A DNA stretch of 64,000 bases from the human T2T-CHM13v2.0 reference genome, Homo sapiens, in NCBI RefSeq assembly GCF_009914755.1, contig NC_060931.1. One strand, 5' to 3'. The notes under the pieces are model-generated. The model did not search any database. It was given only the letters and a program-made list of their open reading frames with translations, and was not told the DNA's origin. This document shows positions 39,539-56,600 of this stretch, piece after piece. Each line of letters opens with the position of its first letter. Position 1 is the first letter of the stretch. The position numbers were made by a program, and so were the translations under genes.

Positions 39539-42319
39539 GAAAGGTACACTTTTAATTCTCATTTTACAGCTGAGAAAACTGAGACACAGAGCGTTAGGAT
39601 TCTCAGCAAGTCCAACTCCAGAAGACATACCCCTGGCCCTTATTGTTTCTGCCTCTTGGAGAGAGCTACTGTGGTTCTTGCTGAGTCAGCCAACACCCAG
39701 ACTATTCCCTGATCCTCTCTCCCTTGAAAAGAAACTGCTTCTGGGCTCATTATGGAGAGGCTACTGTTTCAGTTCTTGCTATTCTGATAACCTCATCTGT
39801 GCTGAGAAGTCAGCAGATGAAATATGCTCATGTATGATTATCCCAGAAAGTGATTTTCCATTGATCTGAAAGGCTGCTGGGGAGAGTTTCTGGCTCTATC
39901 AAAGAAGAGCATTTATTCTGCCTGTGTCTTCAAGCCTCGTTTCACTTAAAAGAACAAGCCAAGATGAATCAAACACAGCATATGACTTCAGATTTGACTT
40001 ATTACATGAAAGACTTGATTCCAGCATCCCAAAGAGACTAATATGTTTCACGATTATGAGCTCTGGATCACAGTGAAACAGTCCAATATTCCTACCAATT
40101 CCGGGACAAAGTAGAATAAAACAGTCTTCTGAATATATGACACAAAACACGTAATCCCAAATAATGATTACTCCACAGACATGCTGCCTTCTGTGAAAAT
40201 GTGAAGTTTGACCTTTTTTTTTGGTTTCAAATTTCAAATGCATGAACTCTTTGAACTCACAGAAAGGACATTTGAAATGTGCAAGAAGTTTCAGCTGAAT
40301 GAATAACCTTGAATTACAAGTTTAAATGTATTGATTTATACCACACTTTAGTTTTCAAATGTATTTGGGCTTTTGGTTTCCTTTGAGGCACTCTGGGGAC
40401 TCCTCAATCTGTTCTCTTCTAATGACCGTGGTCCTGCTTTTCCTCTGGTGAATATTTTAGTCCATCTGCATGCCAGCCTAAAGAAATGGACCCCTGCAGT
40501 GCTTTCCACCAACGTGTCTGCGGTTTGATTGCATCTTCCCTGGAGGGCTGCAGAGTTTTAGGGCACTCACGGAGGATGAATCTCATATCAAGAGAGGAAG
40601 GTTGCTGGAGCAGGTAGAGGGAAATAATGATGGGTTTCTGAGGCATGCACGTGTAATGTGCAAGGAGCAGTCAAAGCACTTCCTGCACCACATTAGGCTA
40701 GAAGCATATGATTTAAAAAATAAAATCAGCCCGTTCATTCGATGAGGGGGATTTGGAGGGAATACAAGATGAAGCTTTCCTGTTTCTTGCTCCCTTAGGG
40801 TGCTCTTCTTGGTACAGATATCACCTGATTCTAACATGAAAATGGAACAGCAAGAGGAACTGGTGAAGGGCCTGGAGTTGCTTAAAATTAAGGCAGCCGA
40901 TGGGCGTTTCTATTAAATCATCTCTGAGTCCACCTGGATTCTCTGTTTCACTCTGTTGCCCATCTTCGGGTCAGTAGGTGGAGCACACAATTCATTGCAG
41001 TCTCCCTGCTCTCAAGTCCGCCTTCACAGGGAGAGATTTTCAGGTCATGCATTTTCATGCTCATGTATTTCTTGGCATATGAAACCAAGTTGCTTTCCTT
41101 CCTACAGAAGTGTGACTTTTAAAATAAAATATATCTCCCTTGCTCCTCCCCAATCCCATTGCTGTTTCCATTATAAACCTCTTCTCATTGTGCCTTGGTG
41201 CTTCCTAGGAGATAGTGTTACCTTCACTGCATAGCAGTATATAAACACGTAGGTCTTCGGTAACAACAATCTTTCTTATCTTTGTCTAGAATACTGGACA
41301 TCTCTCACATGTTATTTATATTTCTTAGAAGATGAAGTCTATTTCATTCAGCTTTGCTGCTTTGTTGCAGCTTTTTTCTTTTTTCCTACGATCTCCAGGT
41401 TCATTTTTCAAGCCACTTGGTCAAATTAGGTGGTCTCTAGGTGATCAAACTTTGCTATATTTTTGTGAGATGCCTGCCCATTAGAAGTCATTTATTCCTT
41501 TATCTTAAGCATCAGCTGGAAAAAACAAACCTTTCAGCAACACCATCTTTATAACCTTGCTTACTTCTCATTTTCTCTTTTCTCATCCAGGCTGTGGATC
41601 CCTCCTGTAAACCAAGAAAAATGGAAATGTGGCCTTTGTTTGACAAAGGCCTTTCTTCTGCTTCCCAGGTATCATCAGATCCCCTTGTGACTCAGGCGAG
41701 TCAGGCTACAGAGGGCAGCTGCGCTCTGCTGGGGGCTCGGCTGTGGAGCAGGAAGAGGCCCATGAACTCTGCTCTCCTCTTGCTTGGCGCACTGGCCTGA
41801 CCTGCACTCAGCGGCCACAACCTTCCATTACAGCTTCCTCGGGGCCCAGATATTGTTCTCATAGCTTCAGGTATGAGACAGAGTTTATCCACTTCACACT
41901 GCATGCCACAAAAGTGTTCAACAACGCATCTGTAGTAGCCTCACAGATCAATGCTGTCCGTAAGCTTAGTAAAGGTATTTCTGGCTCAGGGGCAAGATAT
42001 AATTTTGTGTAAGTTTTGCATATTCACTTGTATAACTATGAACATCAACTTTCAGAAGAAAGTATAAGAATATGATAATTGAATGAATGTCTCTTATTGC
42101 TATTGAACTCAACATAGAATAGGTTATACCTGAACTATACAAGTTATAGTTAACAAAAGAATTAGTGAATATTTGCTCACCTGTAAAATGGGCACTGTAA
42201 TAGTATTTGCCTCATGTACTTCTCGTGAGGAGTAAATGAAGTGGTTCGTGTAAGGCTTTTAGACTTGTGCCAGAACTGTAAATATTATTATTATTATTTA
42301 AAATTTTAATTATTGTATG

Positions 42320-42812
<493 letters not shown>

Positions 42813-42823
42813 TATACACTACA

Positions 42824-43013
42824 TTTTTTTTTTCAACTTTTAAGTTCCAGGGCACATGTGCAGGATGTGCAGGTTTGTTACATAGGTAAACGTATGTCAT
42901 GGTGGTTTGCTGCACAGATTAACCCATCATCTAGGTATTAAGCTCACCATCCATCAACTATTCTTCCTGATGTTCTCTCTTCCCCCATGCCCTCCAACAG
43001 GCCCCAGTGTGTG
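42824..43013 (-). mobile_element. L1PA8-10-type short 3' end
   Basis: cacatgtgcaggatgtgcaggtttgttacataggtaaac...acaggccccagtgtgtg. Confidence 0.88.
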
Positions 43014-43892
43014 AATTATTTTTTAATAAAAGAGAAGTAAGGAGTTTAGAAAATTATCTATTTTCTAATTCAGGCAGCACGCCTTGCTTTTGAGGATGGA
43101 GACATTTAGGTAAATACTGGGTAGTTTATTAAAATCAGTAATATAGTAGATATTGATATTCTATATTCAGTAGATTGATCAATTATGAATAAATATTATT
43201 AATAAATCTGTTGGTAAAATCCGTATTTTCCTGGAAGTCATCAGCTTAGGGATAAATTCAGTAACCCTATTTTAAATAGAGTAGTCCTGTCAATATAAAT
43301 ATCACAACCCCATCTACTCAAAAAATATTTTTTCCTGAAGATAGCCCATGTAAGATTTTGGGATGCAATCCCCAGAGCTCGTGGTGGGCTAATTGATCCC
43401 AGCTGTTGGTAATAGTCAGGTAGGATCAGTAGGGTATTTGGGAGATAAGTCATTGTGAGTTAGCCAGATCACCAACCAGGAGATGGTGCAAAATGGCAGG
43501 AACCCCAAGCAGGAAGCTGAGATAAGGGGTGAGGCTCCAGTTCTGAGGACAGCCATCAAGCACCTGACAAGGCATCAGTGTGCTGTGACCACCAGCTAAG
43601 CTTGAGACCCGGAGGGAGTTGAAATCCTCGAACATGTGGGGTTGGAGCTCAGCACACTCCTACGGAATCCACCTCCACTAGTCTGCCCGGCTCAGAGGCT
43701 GCCTGGAGCTGCAGCCTGGGGAAGATGCGTTCTTGGACCTCATCTCCTGGGACAGTGTAGGCTGGGTCTTATACATGGCATAGAAACTCCTGGAATCAGC
43801 TGGATCTCCAGTCTGGCAGAATGACTTGATTCTACCAGCACAGCAATGGAAGCTTGCTCACAGAGACTTGGCTGAGAACCTGTGCCACAACT

Positions 43893-44440
43893 AATGTGTG
43901 TTGTGTGTGGCATTTGTGTTATGTATGTGTGTGTGGTGTGTGGCACATGTGTGTTTTGTATTGTGTGTGTGTATTGTGTTGTATGTCTGCACGTAGTTTG
44001 TGTGTTTGTTGTATAAGTGTTGTGTGTGTGTTGTATATTTTAGGAATGTGTGATGTATGTGTTCTGTACTGGCTGTGTGTGTTGTGTGTAGTATATTATA
44101 TGTGCTGTGCATGTGTTGTGTGGTGTTTGGTGTGTATTAGATGTGTGTGTTGTGTGTGTGTTATGTGTGTTGTGTGGTATGCCTGTATGTGTTGTGTGTG
44201 TTGGGTATGTGTTATGTAGTTGTGTGTGTTCTCTGTGTTATGTATGTGTTGTGTGTTGTATGTGCTGTATGCGTGGTGTGTAGTATGTGTGTGTTGTATC
44301 TATAGTGTGTGTTGTATGTTATATGCGTGCATCGTGTGTGTGGTTGTAGTGTGTCTATAGTGTGTGTGTTGCAGGTGTGTGTTGCAGGTGTGTGTTGCAT
44401 GTGTGTGTTGTATATCTGTACTGTGTGTTGTATAAGTGTG
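43893..44440. repeat. Degenerate (TG)n low-complexity tract
   Basis: About 550 bp dominated by tgtg/tgtt/tatg units. Confidence 0.95.
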
Positions 44441-47400
44441 TCACGCATCTATGAATCCAGAAGCAGGAGAGTGGGGTGAAGCTGGGAGGAACACAGTCCT
44501 CAATAACAATGGGCAGCACTGATTGAGGACTGAGACGCCAGGCACTAGGGTAGAACTATTACATAGATTACCTTTCAGGAATGGTGATGATAGATGGTAG
44601 CTTTGCTTGTCCCCATGTACCAGCTGAGGATAGAAACTCAGAGCAGTGAAGATACAAGTCAGGACCATGAATAAGTAGCAGAGCCAGCACTTCTAGCTAG
44701 GTTTGTTTGACTCTGAGGACAGCATCCTTTCAGTTCAAACATCCTTCCACACTGAGTGCCTCTCTCTGCTGTTTAGTATCTAGGGTGACCAAACATCCTA
44801 GGGAAAGAAGGGTGTTGACCCCAGCGCCAGCCCCTGCCCCTCCTAGGCTGGTGCTGAGGTCATTCTAATTTAGGCCCAGCCCAGCCACATACCCTGATGG
44901 CCTCCTGCTTAGGTCCATGGAGGGGGAACATGAGTGCAACCAAGAAAGAGCCACATCTATTGCCAACAAATATCCTATTCTTAAAATAGAGATGATAACG
45001 TTCTCATATAATACAAAGTTATTGATTTCTATATTTCACAAATACTTATTGAGCACTTGTTATCTGTCTCACTATTGGAAGTTTAACAAATAATCATTAT
45101 TACATTTAATCCTCAAACTAAATTTGTAAAAAAGCTTACTATTACTTGATTGTTTTTCAAAATGCATTCAGGGAGGTTATGTAACTATCCTCCAATATTC
45201 TATGGGAGAATGAGGCTTAAAACCCACGGCTTTAAATGTTTTTTTTTTCCCCACTACCCTACTTTGCTTCAGGGATAGGAATAATGGCACTAAATAAAAG
45301 TAAAAAAAAATTATCTGGAAAAATAATAAGATTTGGTCAGAGCTCTATTTCTGTTACATCCATAAGTAACAACTTTAGATGAAAAAATGGCTATAATAGG
45401 TAAGTTTTGACCATACTTCTATAAACCAGGCACATCTTCATGATATTAACACATGAATAAATGCTGGGAATTGGAGGGGCCTCTTTGCTTAGGATGGATA
45501 GCATCTTTAAGTCCTAGATGAATATAAATATGCTTTGTGTTCAGTATTTAGAAGACAGAGACACAATAGCATTTCTCATATTAAAAAGAAACAGATAATT
45601 AGAAGCACTTACTTGGACTGTAGTGATTTCTTTATTCTTTTGTCCTGGCCCTGCACAGCTGTGCCTATTATTGCCAAGTCTTCCATCTGTTATAATCTAT
45701 CACAGGAGTTACTGGGGGTAGAATAATACATGCAGCCTTCTCTTGCATTCTGAAATACGTGTAGGCATGTTACAGGGTCCGGGCAGTGAATGCTTAAAGG
45801 AACTCTGTGATGTCTCTACCACAAGGTGTCTATATTCTGAGTTTTTATTTTTAATAGGTCACAATTGTGTTCAGTTATGGATTGTAGAATTCCCCATCTA
45901 ACTAGTCTAGTTGGTAGATGAATTCCCAGAAACAATGCCAGTAGAATACCCTCCCTTCCTCCTAAACTGAACATAAAGCTAGTGCTGGGTTTACTGAGGC
46001 AGTTTAATAATTTTTGGCTGGTCATCAGAGATGCCAACAGTGTAAGGAACTGGCAAATACAAAAGAAAGGTGTCTCCTTTCTTGTTCACCCTGAGGGTAT
46101 CAATGTAGGAAGTGAAAATAAACATTTGATTATGAAGTTTAAGTTCCTCATGCTAGATAATGTTTTGATTCAAGGGTGTTTCTCTTTACTTTTGGTGCCT
46201 ATTTCCTTGGGGCTTAGGGGTTGGGAGAAATAATTCAGTTTACAGAGCAGTAAGAAGGTCTTGGGCTGTCTTGCTTGATTAATGTATAACATTTCAGCCC
46301 TCTACCCCAACTGGTTCTTAGATTCATTCAACATACATCAGATGAAGAAAGAAAAATGGGTGATCGAAATTATTTGAATTTTTAAAAAGCTTGAGATTGG
46401 ATATGATCTCTGTGATGTTTGCAGTTATTATTGAATGGTATTCAATCAAGGGCAGAAATCTTAATGACAAATTTTGCTATTACCTTTGTCCCAATGTGCC
46501 ATTGTTTTACTTTCCAAAGGCATCAGGAGATTAGGAACTGCCAGTACATAACTTTATTTTGGCATGTTTCTCTCAGGGAAATTCCTTTCTTCTTTGGTGA
46601 ACTCAGATGCCAAAGAAAATAGAATTTGATGTGGGTGATCATCTTATTTCTTCAGTTCTGCATTGCAAGCTTCTGTTGCATAAAATCCTTGCCTGATGAT
46701 CCTCTGTGTTCCCTTAGTTCCTTGCACACTGCAGGTCCTTAGCAAATAGGCACTGGATGGTGGATGTATCCCACCCCATTGCATCAGGGATCTGTGATGT
46801 CCAAATAAGTGGCACAATGTGAGGATTACAAAGTAGTCCCATTTTGGAATCACTTTTTGAAAGTAGAAGCAAGAACTGGCAATATCAATTACTGCAATCC
46901 TGTGTGACAATTCCTTGAAATACTCCTTTGAGTAACACAAGACAGATGACCTCACTGTCTCAGTTTCCAGCTCACTAAGCATCTATAGCACAGACCCAGC
47001 CCTACAGAGGGACCCATCCAATGTTCTCTTTTCCTACTCAAAACTCATAGTGGGAGAACTAAGATTGACACATATATTTATGCCCCATCTAACCAAGTAT
47101 GGCACAAGGGAGGGTTAGCATAGGAACAGAAAAGAAGATATGTCTGCATGTAGATTAGAAGAGGGGGAAGTTCTAGAAAATGAGAACTTGTCAACTGGGC
47201 AGCCATCCAGAGGATTTTGACCATAACGTTTTTGTTGGACGGGATGGTTCCCTTATAAGAGTCATTTCCAGTGGGGCTGATCTGGCAGCAGTGAGATTTT
47301 ACTTAGGGGGATTGAAGGAGGGACCGTGAAGAAGGCCTTTGCTATAGCCCATTCTGAGGTGATAGGGTCTGAGGGAGACACCCTTCTTTTAAGGAGCCAT

Positions 47401-47688
47401 TGGAATCAGGTGAGATTTGTTTAAGGGAACAACATGAGCTCAGGTGGTAGCAGAAAGCCCATCTGTTCTTAGCTGATATGCAGAGAATTCAGTGGCGCAG
47501 CTCAGTGTCCATCTAGGTTCCCAAGTAGCATGTCCAATCGGGACAATGGGACTTGGCACTGAAAATTGAGGGGAAGCTGCCTTCATCAAGTTATATTAAT
47601 GAGGCTGTCAGGGACAGACCATGAACACCAGGGATTCCTTCAGCAGGAACAGAAGCCCTGGCTGAGGGTGGGTGTCCAAAGCTAAGTG

Positions 47689-47901
47689 CAGTCATCCTTC
47701 AGTAACCCCAGGGGATTGGTTCCAGGGCCTCACTGGATACCAAAATCCACAGATGCTCAAGTCCCTTACAGTCAGCCTTCCACTGCATCTGCAGGTTCTG
47801 CATCTGAGCACGGATTCAACCAACCGCAGATCCATACAAATTCTATCCTTGATTAGTGAAATCCTCGAATTTGGAACCCACAGATAGGGAAGGCCAACAG
47901 T
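47689..47901. mobile_element. MER2-family (Tigger) MITE
   Basis: cagtcatccttcagtaaccccaggggattggttccagg...gataccaaaatccacagatgctcaagtccctta...ggaaggccaacag. Confidence 0.8.
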
Positions 47902-48934
47902 AATGCCCATGGTGGAAGGAAGGGAATTCTTTACTTAATCAAGGCAGGGATCCATGTACCAGAAATGGAAAACAAGTTGGTTGAATTGATCCTATTAATA
48001 CAAGTAATACTGTGGCATCAGGACAGCAGAGGTGGAAGTGGGCTCCACTGTATGAAGTGGGCAGAGGAAGCCTAAGGTGGGATGATGGTGAGAGGGGCAT
48101 GCTGGGAACCAGTGATGGATGCTGAGGCCAACACCCGTGTGACATCCATGCTGGGGGACAGAGACAGAAAAGTAGAGGCTGAGGGTGGGAAGAGCCATGA
48201 TCTGATGGACAGATGGGATCTGGGTGACAGCTGTCCCTGAAGACAAAAGGAAAGGTGCACTTAAGGAGAAGGGGGATGATTGTCAATAGCAAATACTTCA
48301 GCCAAGTCAAGGCAGATGAAAAGCTGAGAAAAGTCCTATGACTAAGAATTACTGGTTATCTGCTTAAAAATCTGAACTCCATTACACTTTTTTTCTAACA
48401 TCTCCCCCGTTTCCCCCGCTACAAGTGCAGGCTGTCTTTCCACACCCATGTTGCGTTTCTGAAGCTCAGTGCGGGTCACTCAAAGGCAGTGCCCTGCCAA
48501 GCCTCTCAGTGAATCAGGAAATACCACAACTCTGGCTCCTGGTTTCCCACACTCGCTGCCACTAAGCATTGCAGGATACGATGGCAACGTTGTTGGTGAA
48601 ATTTTAAGGCAAGTTGATTGACAATTTTTTGCATAATAATTTATCCACCTCAACTCATTTTCAACTCCCCTAACCTAGTTGGTGTTAAAGAAAATTCCTA
48701 GCTCAGTAATTCATTCTGTTACAATGTTACCTTGCAGGTCTTATCCTAGATTATTTTGGAAATGAACCATGCTAGAAGGCTTGAAGATATGGAAGAACAA
48801 AAGGATAAACACCAAAGGGAGATTCCAGAGAAGGGTGAAGGTGATGAGGTAGAAAACTCATGTGTGGGGATAAGTCTAGACAAGATGAGAGCTGCGACCT
48901 TTGCTGAGATGACAAGAAGTGTTTGCGGGTGGGT

Positions 48935-48980
48935 ATAATAATAATAATAATAAAGTGTGTGTGTGTGTGTGTGTGTGTGT
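48935..48980. repeat. (ATA)n + (TG)n compound microsatellite
   Basis: Seen directly. Confidence 0.9.
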
Positions 48981-49544
48981 TGGGGAGAAGTGAGAATAAT
49001 TAATGTCTGATGCAGAACTTTGTAAATTACAAAAAAAAAAAAGGCACCTCTTCTGGGTGGACTGACTGTCAAAGGATTCTCTCTCCCATCAAGCAAATTA
49101 TACCAACCGAGGAGCCCTCTACCTCAGCACAGACTGGATTTCAATTCCCACACTGTTCATGGGTCAGTAGCCTTTATGCAGTGCACATGATGCACATCTG
49201 TATTTAGCAACCTTTCATGAGAGTTCTATTTTATTTTTAATATTAAAAATGTGGATCTGATACTGAGAGTAAGGAAATTGATAAAAGGAGATTAAAGGAA
49301 ATTCATGTATGTTTAAAATATTCATTGAGTCAAATAAGAATGGAACCTTACTAGAGAGAAGCAAATGGAATTAGGGCCACTTCTGAATTTGGGGAAAAAA
49401 GGGTATCTTTTGGCAATATTTGTGTCTGTCTCCATATGGGTAGGCATCTGAGAGGTGGGGCAAAACAATGGATGACTTAATGATTGAGGGTGACATCATA
49501 TTGCAAGAAAGACCAATGGAAAGGGGTTAAAAGTATTGCAAGTA

Positions 49545-49898
49545 GATAGAGAGCAGAATGATGGTGACCAGAGGCTGGGAGGGGTAGTGGGGTGAAGAGT
49601 GGGGATAGTTAATGGATACAAAAATATAGTTAGATAGAATGAATAAGAGCTTGTATTTGACAGCATAAGAGGGTGATTACAGTCAATAATAATGTACATT
49701 GTTAAATAACTAAAAGGGTATAATTGGAATGTTTGTAACACAAAGAAATGATAAATGCTTGAAGTGATGGGCACCCCATTTACTCTGATGTGATTATTAT
49801 GCATCATATGCCTGTATCAAAATATCTCACGTATTCCCTAAATATATATATCTACCGTGTGCCTGTAAAAATTAAAAGCAAAAACAAAAACAAAACAA
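49545..49898 (+). mobile_element. L1MA2-like 3' end
   Basis: agaatgatggtgaccagaggctggga...atgtttgtaacacaaaga...atcaaaatatctcac, followed by an (AAAAC)n tail. Confidence 0.88.
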
Positions 49899-51170
49899 TG
49901 TAAATGTGAGAGTATGATGAAAATCAGCACATGAAAAGTATCACAAGTGATTTGTTCACCTGATGGACTATGAACTTGAAGATGGATATTGAAAAGTGAG
50001 GCCAATGAATGGTGGCTAGACTGCAAACATGGTGGGGTCAAGGGGTTGAAAGAATTGTCAAACTCAAGGAGTGGGTGCCGTGGAAGCAAGGAGGTGAGCA
50101 CGCTGGAAGTGCAGTTTGTGATCTGAGCACATCGCTGGGCACTGGGCTTTCAGGTGTAGATCAGTTGTGGGTGATGGCAAATTGTGGACCACAGCCACTG
50201 GGTGGCTCATGGGTCTGAGCCTGAGAGTCATTGGAATTGAGAATTTCAAAGATCATGGTTAAATTGGTTGGATGGCTGCTTTGCATAGACCTTGAAGTCT
50301 TCCAGGATAATGGGAGGAGGTGAATTAAAGAGGTGTGAACTTGGATCTGCAAACCTGGATTAATGAGAGTTGTGTGTGGCATGGGGTGGTCAGGGATCTG
50401 CATCCATACATCTTTATATCAGGAATTTCAGCAAGGAGAAAAGGGATTTTGAGCGAGTAGAGGTGAACTAGGAAAATCACACCTCTCCAGTTGTCTTATT
50501 AGCCATCTGTGGGAGAATGAGCTGCCTCTGCTTACAGTAACCACTCTCCTCAGGGGAAAGATTGCTTTCAGTTAAGTGGAAAGGGAGAAACTACCTTTGA
50601 AGAGCCTGTGGATTTTGTGCCGGCCCCTATGACCTAAAACCCTTGGGACATATTTAGCTTCTGAAGGAATCCCCACCCCTGCCTCCCCAACAGTATAGCT
50701 TTTTTTTTTTTAATGTTGCTGGCTTTCTTTCCTTTGACACTGAACATGCTTCCAAATTTCCAGGAAACTGTGCTTCCCTGGAGATTTCAGATTCTCTCTA
50801 GGTATAAAGTTGTTTCAAAGACAGCTGTGACTACAGTAATAAGTGTCAGCCATGAGTCTGACAGGGTTGCACAGCCGAGTGTGACATTTACACAGGGTTC
50901 AAATGAAACATAGCCACAGCTGCCTCAGTGCCTCTGTCTTCCCAGGCTGGGCTGCTGGGCCAGGAAAGATGGGCTGGAGTTCTTCCCTTCAGCTGTAGTA
51001 TTAAAAGAGTTGAGAAAAATAATGTCTACATTACATACTTTTTGGGTAGTTTTAAATTAATAAAAATAATCAGGATCCCTTAAAAAATTCTAAAATCGAC
51101 AAACAAGGTTGGAGATTTGCATTCATAGAGCAACACAGCTATGAAATTTCCTGTTTCAAAAAGGAGGAAA

Positions 51171-51536
<366 letters not shown>

Positions 51537-52578
51537 CTATAGTGTTCCTGATGGAAAATACGTGTGTGTGTAAATGTAAGGAAAGGTCTGGAAAATATTA
51601 TTGCTCTAAAAAAAGGGAAGGAATTATGGTTAAACTGCTATCACTTTTCTGATAAAATATTTAGAATGGCAAAAGTCCTGAAAGATACACTCATTTTGTT
51701 GTATTTTTTAAATTTAGCTTCAGAATATGTCTACTTTAATTCAGATGAAACCAAATATTTCCATGAAGTTTGAAAGACAGTAAAGAACAAACAAAATATT
51801 GGAATGACAAGAATAAAATCAGTCCACAATTTCTTGTAGACAGCACAAAACAATAGATTTCCTTCAACTCGTCACAGCTTGTACAAGCTGAGTTCATTAA
51901 CTAATATCTGCAACAAGAACTATTTTTTAAAACCCTGAAATACTATATATCTAGCAGTATTTTCTAATCATAAAATGGTATCCAGAAGAATATTCAGGAG
52001 GATTTTAAAAGACTGACAATGGCAGCATTTATAACAGGAGGAGTATAAAACAGTACTGCTGGCATTTAGAGGTGGCATGAAACAAAATTCTAGCTTGTGG
52101 CTAATGTTTTGGGAATGGTAAGAAAGGGAGTTTTCCTGAGAACATAGCCTCTGAGTTGGTCCCTAACCTAGCCCTCTTATGAGCATTATTATTCCTAGAA
52201 TTTAGGGATCATATCTAAATCTTTGCATCTCCTACAGAAGTATTTTTCAATTTTTCAAACAAGTGATAGTGTATGACATAGTACTCATGTACGTCCATGC
52301 ATACCTCCATTGTACACACACATAGGGTTTGTGTGTACTATGTGTGCATATATCCATAAGATGCACAGTGATACTTTCTTTTTTTTCCTAATCTCTTCTC
52401 TTCTTCATTCACTTTTAAAATGCTGAACTTGACTCTACTACACTGATTTCATAATCTACTAATATGTTACCCTCATAGATGAAATAACGGCCTGCTTATG
52501 ATCATCTTGTAATGAACATGTGAAGATTTGGTTTCTGATGTCCCTCTTCTTGCTTCACTTTTTCAAATAATAATTATT

Positions 52579-52690
52579 CTTTTTTAAATAAGTGGTCTTG
52601 CCCTGTCACTCAGGCTAGAGTGCAGTGGCACAATCATAGCTCACTGCAGACTCATACTCCTGGGCTTAAGCAATTCTCTCACTTAGGCTG
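52579..52690 (-). mobile_element. Alu right-arm fragment (FRAM/AluJ)
   Basis: ggtcttgccctgtcactcaggctagagtgcagtggcacaatcatagctcactgcag. Confidence 0.8.
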
Positions 52691-52979
52691 GACTTGCATG
52701 TCTTCACTTGTTTGAGCTGTGCTTTCTCGTGATGATTCAGAATGTTTCTCAACCTTTACATGCAGAACGAGGCCCCATTACCACTGTCTACTAGTAAGGA
52801 AGGGTTCATTGCCTGTGCGTGGACCAAGTGCTCTCACTGTCTCCCAAGTCCTTGGTTCTGGAGTGTGCATTGGAAAATGAGGCTCTGAATACTTTTTATT
52901 TCATCAGAACATACTTAGGCCTAGACCTCGGTATTCACAGCTCGAGGAGGTAAAAATATTTGCACACCCTTCTCCTCTA

Positions 52980-53600
52980 TGTCACAGCTGATGGCTTTGC
53001 CTCATTTTGCAGAGAAACTAAATGGATGGGAACATTCTTATGTTCCTGCCCCAAATCTACCAACTCCACTGCACTGGCCTCCACACCTGGCACCTTCCAT
53101 CCCTCTAGGATGGCCAAAGTGGCCCTTCTTCAAAGGCTGACTCCTGCACCATGCTTGAGTTACTTCCCCTGTTGTTGAATATTTTGCACCTGCTATCATT
53201 CTCTCTTCCTCTGCAAAAACACATCTCACTCTTGTGCGCAGGCTCTTCATCAGCTGTCTCCTTGTTGCTTTGCTTTTCTAACAGCAAAACTTCTCGAAAA
53301 AGTGCCACATATTTCCTCCACCCGCTTTCTGAATCTCTGTCTCACCACAGTGCACTGCTCTGGGGCGTCAGTTCCTGCGGCTCCAGGACATCTGCTCTCG
53401 ACATGGTTATGAATGATGTCACATTGCACAGCCTGATGCCACTTGTTTGGTCCTTCTGTTCAAACTCAGAGGCATTTGCATAACTGACCACATCACCTTT
53501 CTTAAAAAACTCTAGGCTCCATATCCTGAGTGCCCTCCCATCTGGCGGCGGCTGCTTCTTAGTTCCCTGTGCTTGCCTCGCCCTTTCCAGCTTTCTCATT
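52980..53600 (+). mobile_element. L2 fragments
   Basis: tttgcctcattttgcagagaaa...cagcaaaacttctcgaaa...ctcagaggcatttgcataactgaccac. Confidence 0.6.
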
Positions 53601-53849
53601 CCCTGTTGTCCTTTTAGGTTCCATTGGTTTTCAAATCAGCATATTGTCAGTCTCCACCCTCTGAGTTGCATGCTCCATCATAATAAGGACATATATGTAT
53701 ATTTTTGCCCCTAATAAACTCCAGTATCTAGAACAGTTTAGGATCCAAAAGAGTTGTTCAATTCTTTGTTGAACAAAGGTAGTACTCTTTTACACATTTA
53801 TGTTTCAAGGTTTCATAGGTAAATACTGTCAGTGCTATTGTGCAATAGA

Positions 53850-55051
53850 TATTCTTTTATGTTTTCTTTTATAAAAGCATAACCCCAAGCCTTTAAATCC
53901 ATCAACATTGCTATGCATGAATTTAATTTGTTGCTTTAAATTGTAGCATGATGTTTTGTATCATGTAAACATTACAATTTTCTTGTCTATTTTCTTACGG
54001 ATGAACACTTTGGTTGCCTCCAACTTGAGATACTGCAAATATTGAAGCCAAAAGTTGTCCTATGAATGTTACATTGGAGGCCAGTGAATTTCTCTGCATT
54101 TATCAGTTTGATCAGTGCAGATTGATATCTTGTTTTTCTTTGAAATTATCTAACAACTAATAAATTTGAGCATATCTTTCTGAACTGGTTAGCTTTATGG
54201 GTTTTCCTTTTATTATTTGTCTTTTTCCTGTCTTTGCTGAATTAAACTTTTTAGGTTTCCTATATTTGCTTATGTTTTTAGGAATTTCTTATATTTCTAA
54301 ATAGTAATCTTTGCTAAAGTTTTACATTTCAATTATCTTCTCACAGGCTATCCTCTACCATAGCTTCATATTTGTTTATTCTGGTTGAATAGATATTTCA
54401 AATTTTGATAAAATACGTTCCAGTAATTTCCTTGATCCTAATGGTTTGTGAGTGTTTAATTTTGTTTAAAAGAGAATTCCCTACCTCTAGATCCTAAAGA
54501 TGGTGTTCTATATTTTCATCTCTTAGCTTATGTTATCTTTCACTTTTAAGTCTATAACACTGAACCCCCTTATAGTTAGTTTAAGATATAGATCCAGCTT
54601 TATTTTCATGTAAGCTCAGCAGTCTGCCCCAAACAAGCTATTAAATATTTTTCCTTTTATTGTTAGTGTATTGGTGCCACTTCTATTGCATATCAGGTTA
54701 TATATGTTTCATGAGGTTTTATTTCTGACTTTGCCATTCTATTTGAAAACAGTCTATATTTTAGTTGGAACAATCATATCATACAGTTTTTTTATTATTA
54801 ATATTAACATTATTATTATTCCATTATATTATAAATTCTTACAAGACAAATTTCTCTTTTATTTTCTCAAGGCTAATTTAGCTATTCATGAACCTTTATT
54901 ATCTCATGTAAATTTTTAAGTAATTTTATTGAGCACTTGGAAATAAATCCAGCTGAGTTTTGTGATTAGATTATACATTTATAGATTAATTGGAATTAAA
55001 TACAATATTTTTATTTTTTTACCCTAATCAGGTTTTAAGAATTTTCTTTAA
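53850..55051 (-). mobile_element. Old L1M(E) antisense fragment; continues at about 56618-56860 and 62150-63190
   Basis: gatgaacactttggttgcctccaact, aatttgagcatatctt and ttggtgccacttct are degenerate reverse-complement ORF2/3' UTR text. Confidence 0.65.

Positions 55052-56600
<1,549 letters not shown>

Noticed and set aside
43854-44448. Cys/Val-rich and His/Thr-rich ORFs resembling metallothionein or keratin-associated proteins
   Set aside because: They are translations of a degenerate (TG)n tract.
48756-48938. Charged 60-aa ORF downstream of a ttgcag acceptor-like site
   Set aside because: It has a TTG start, no recognisable homology and no convincing donor. The purine-rich composition explains the amino-acid bias.
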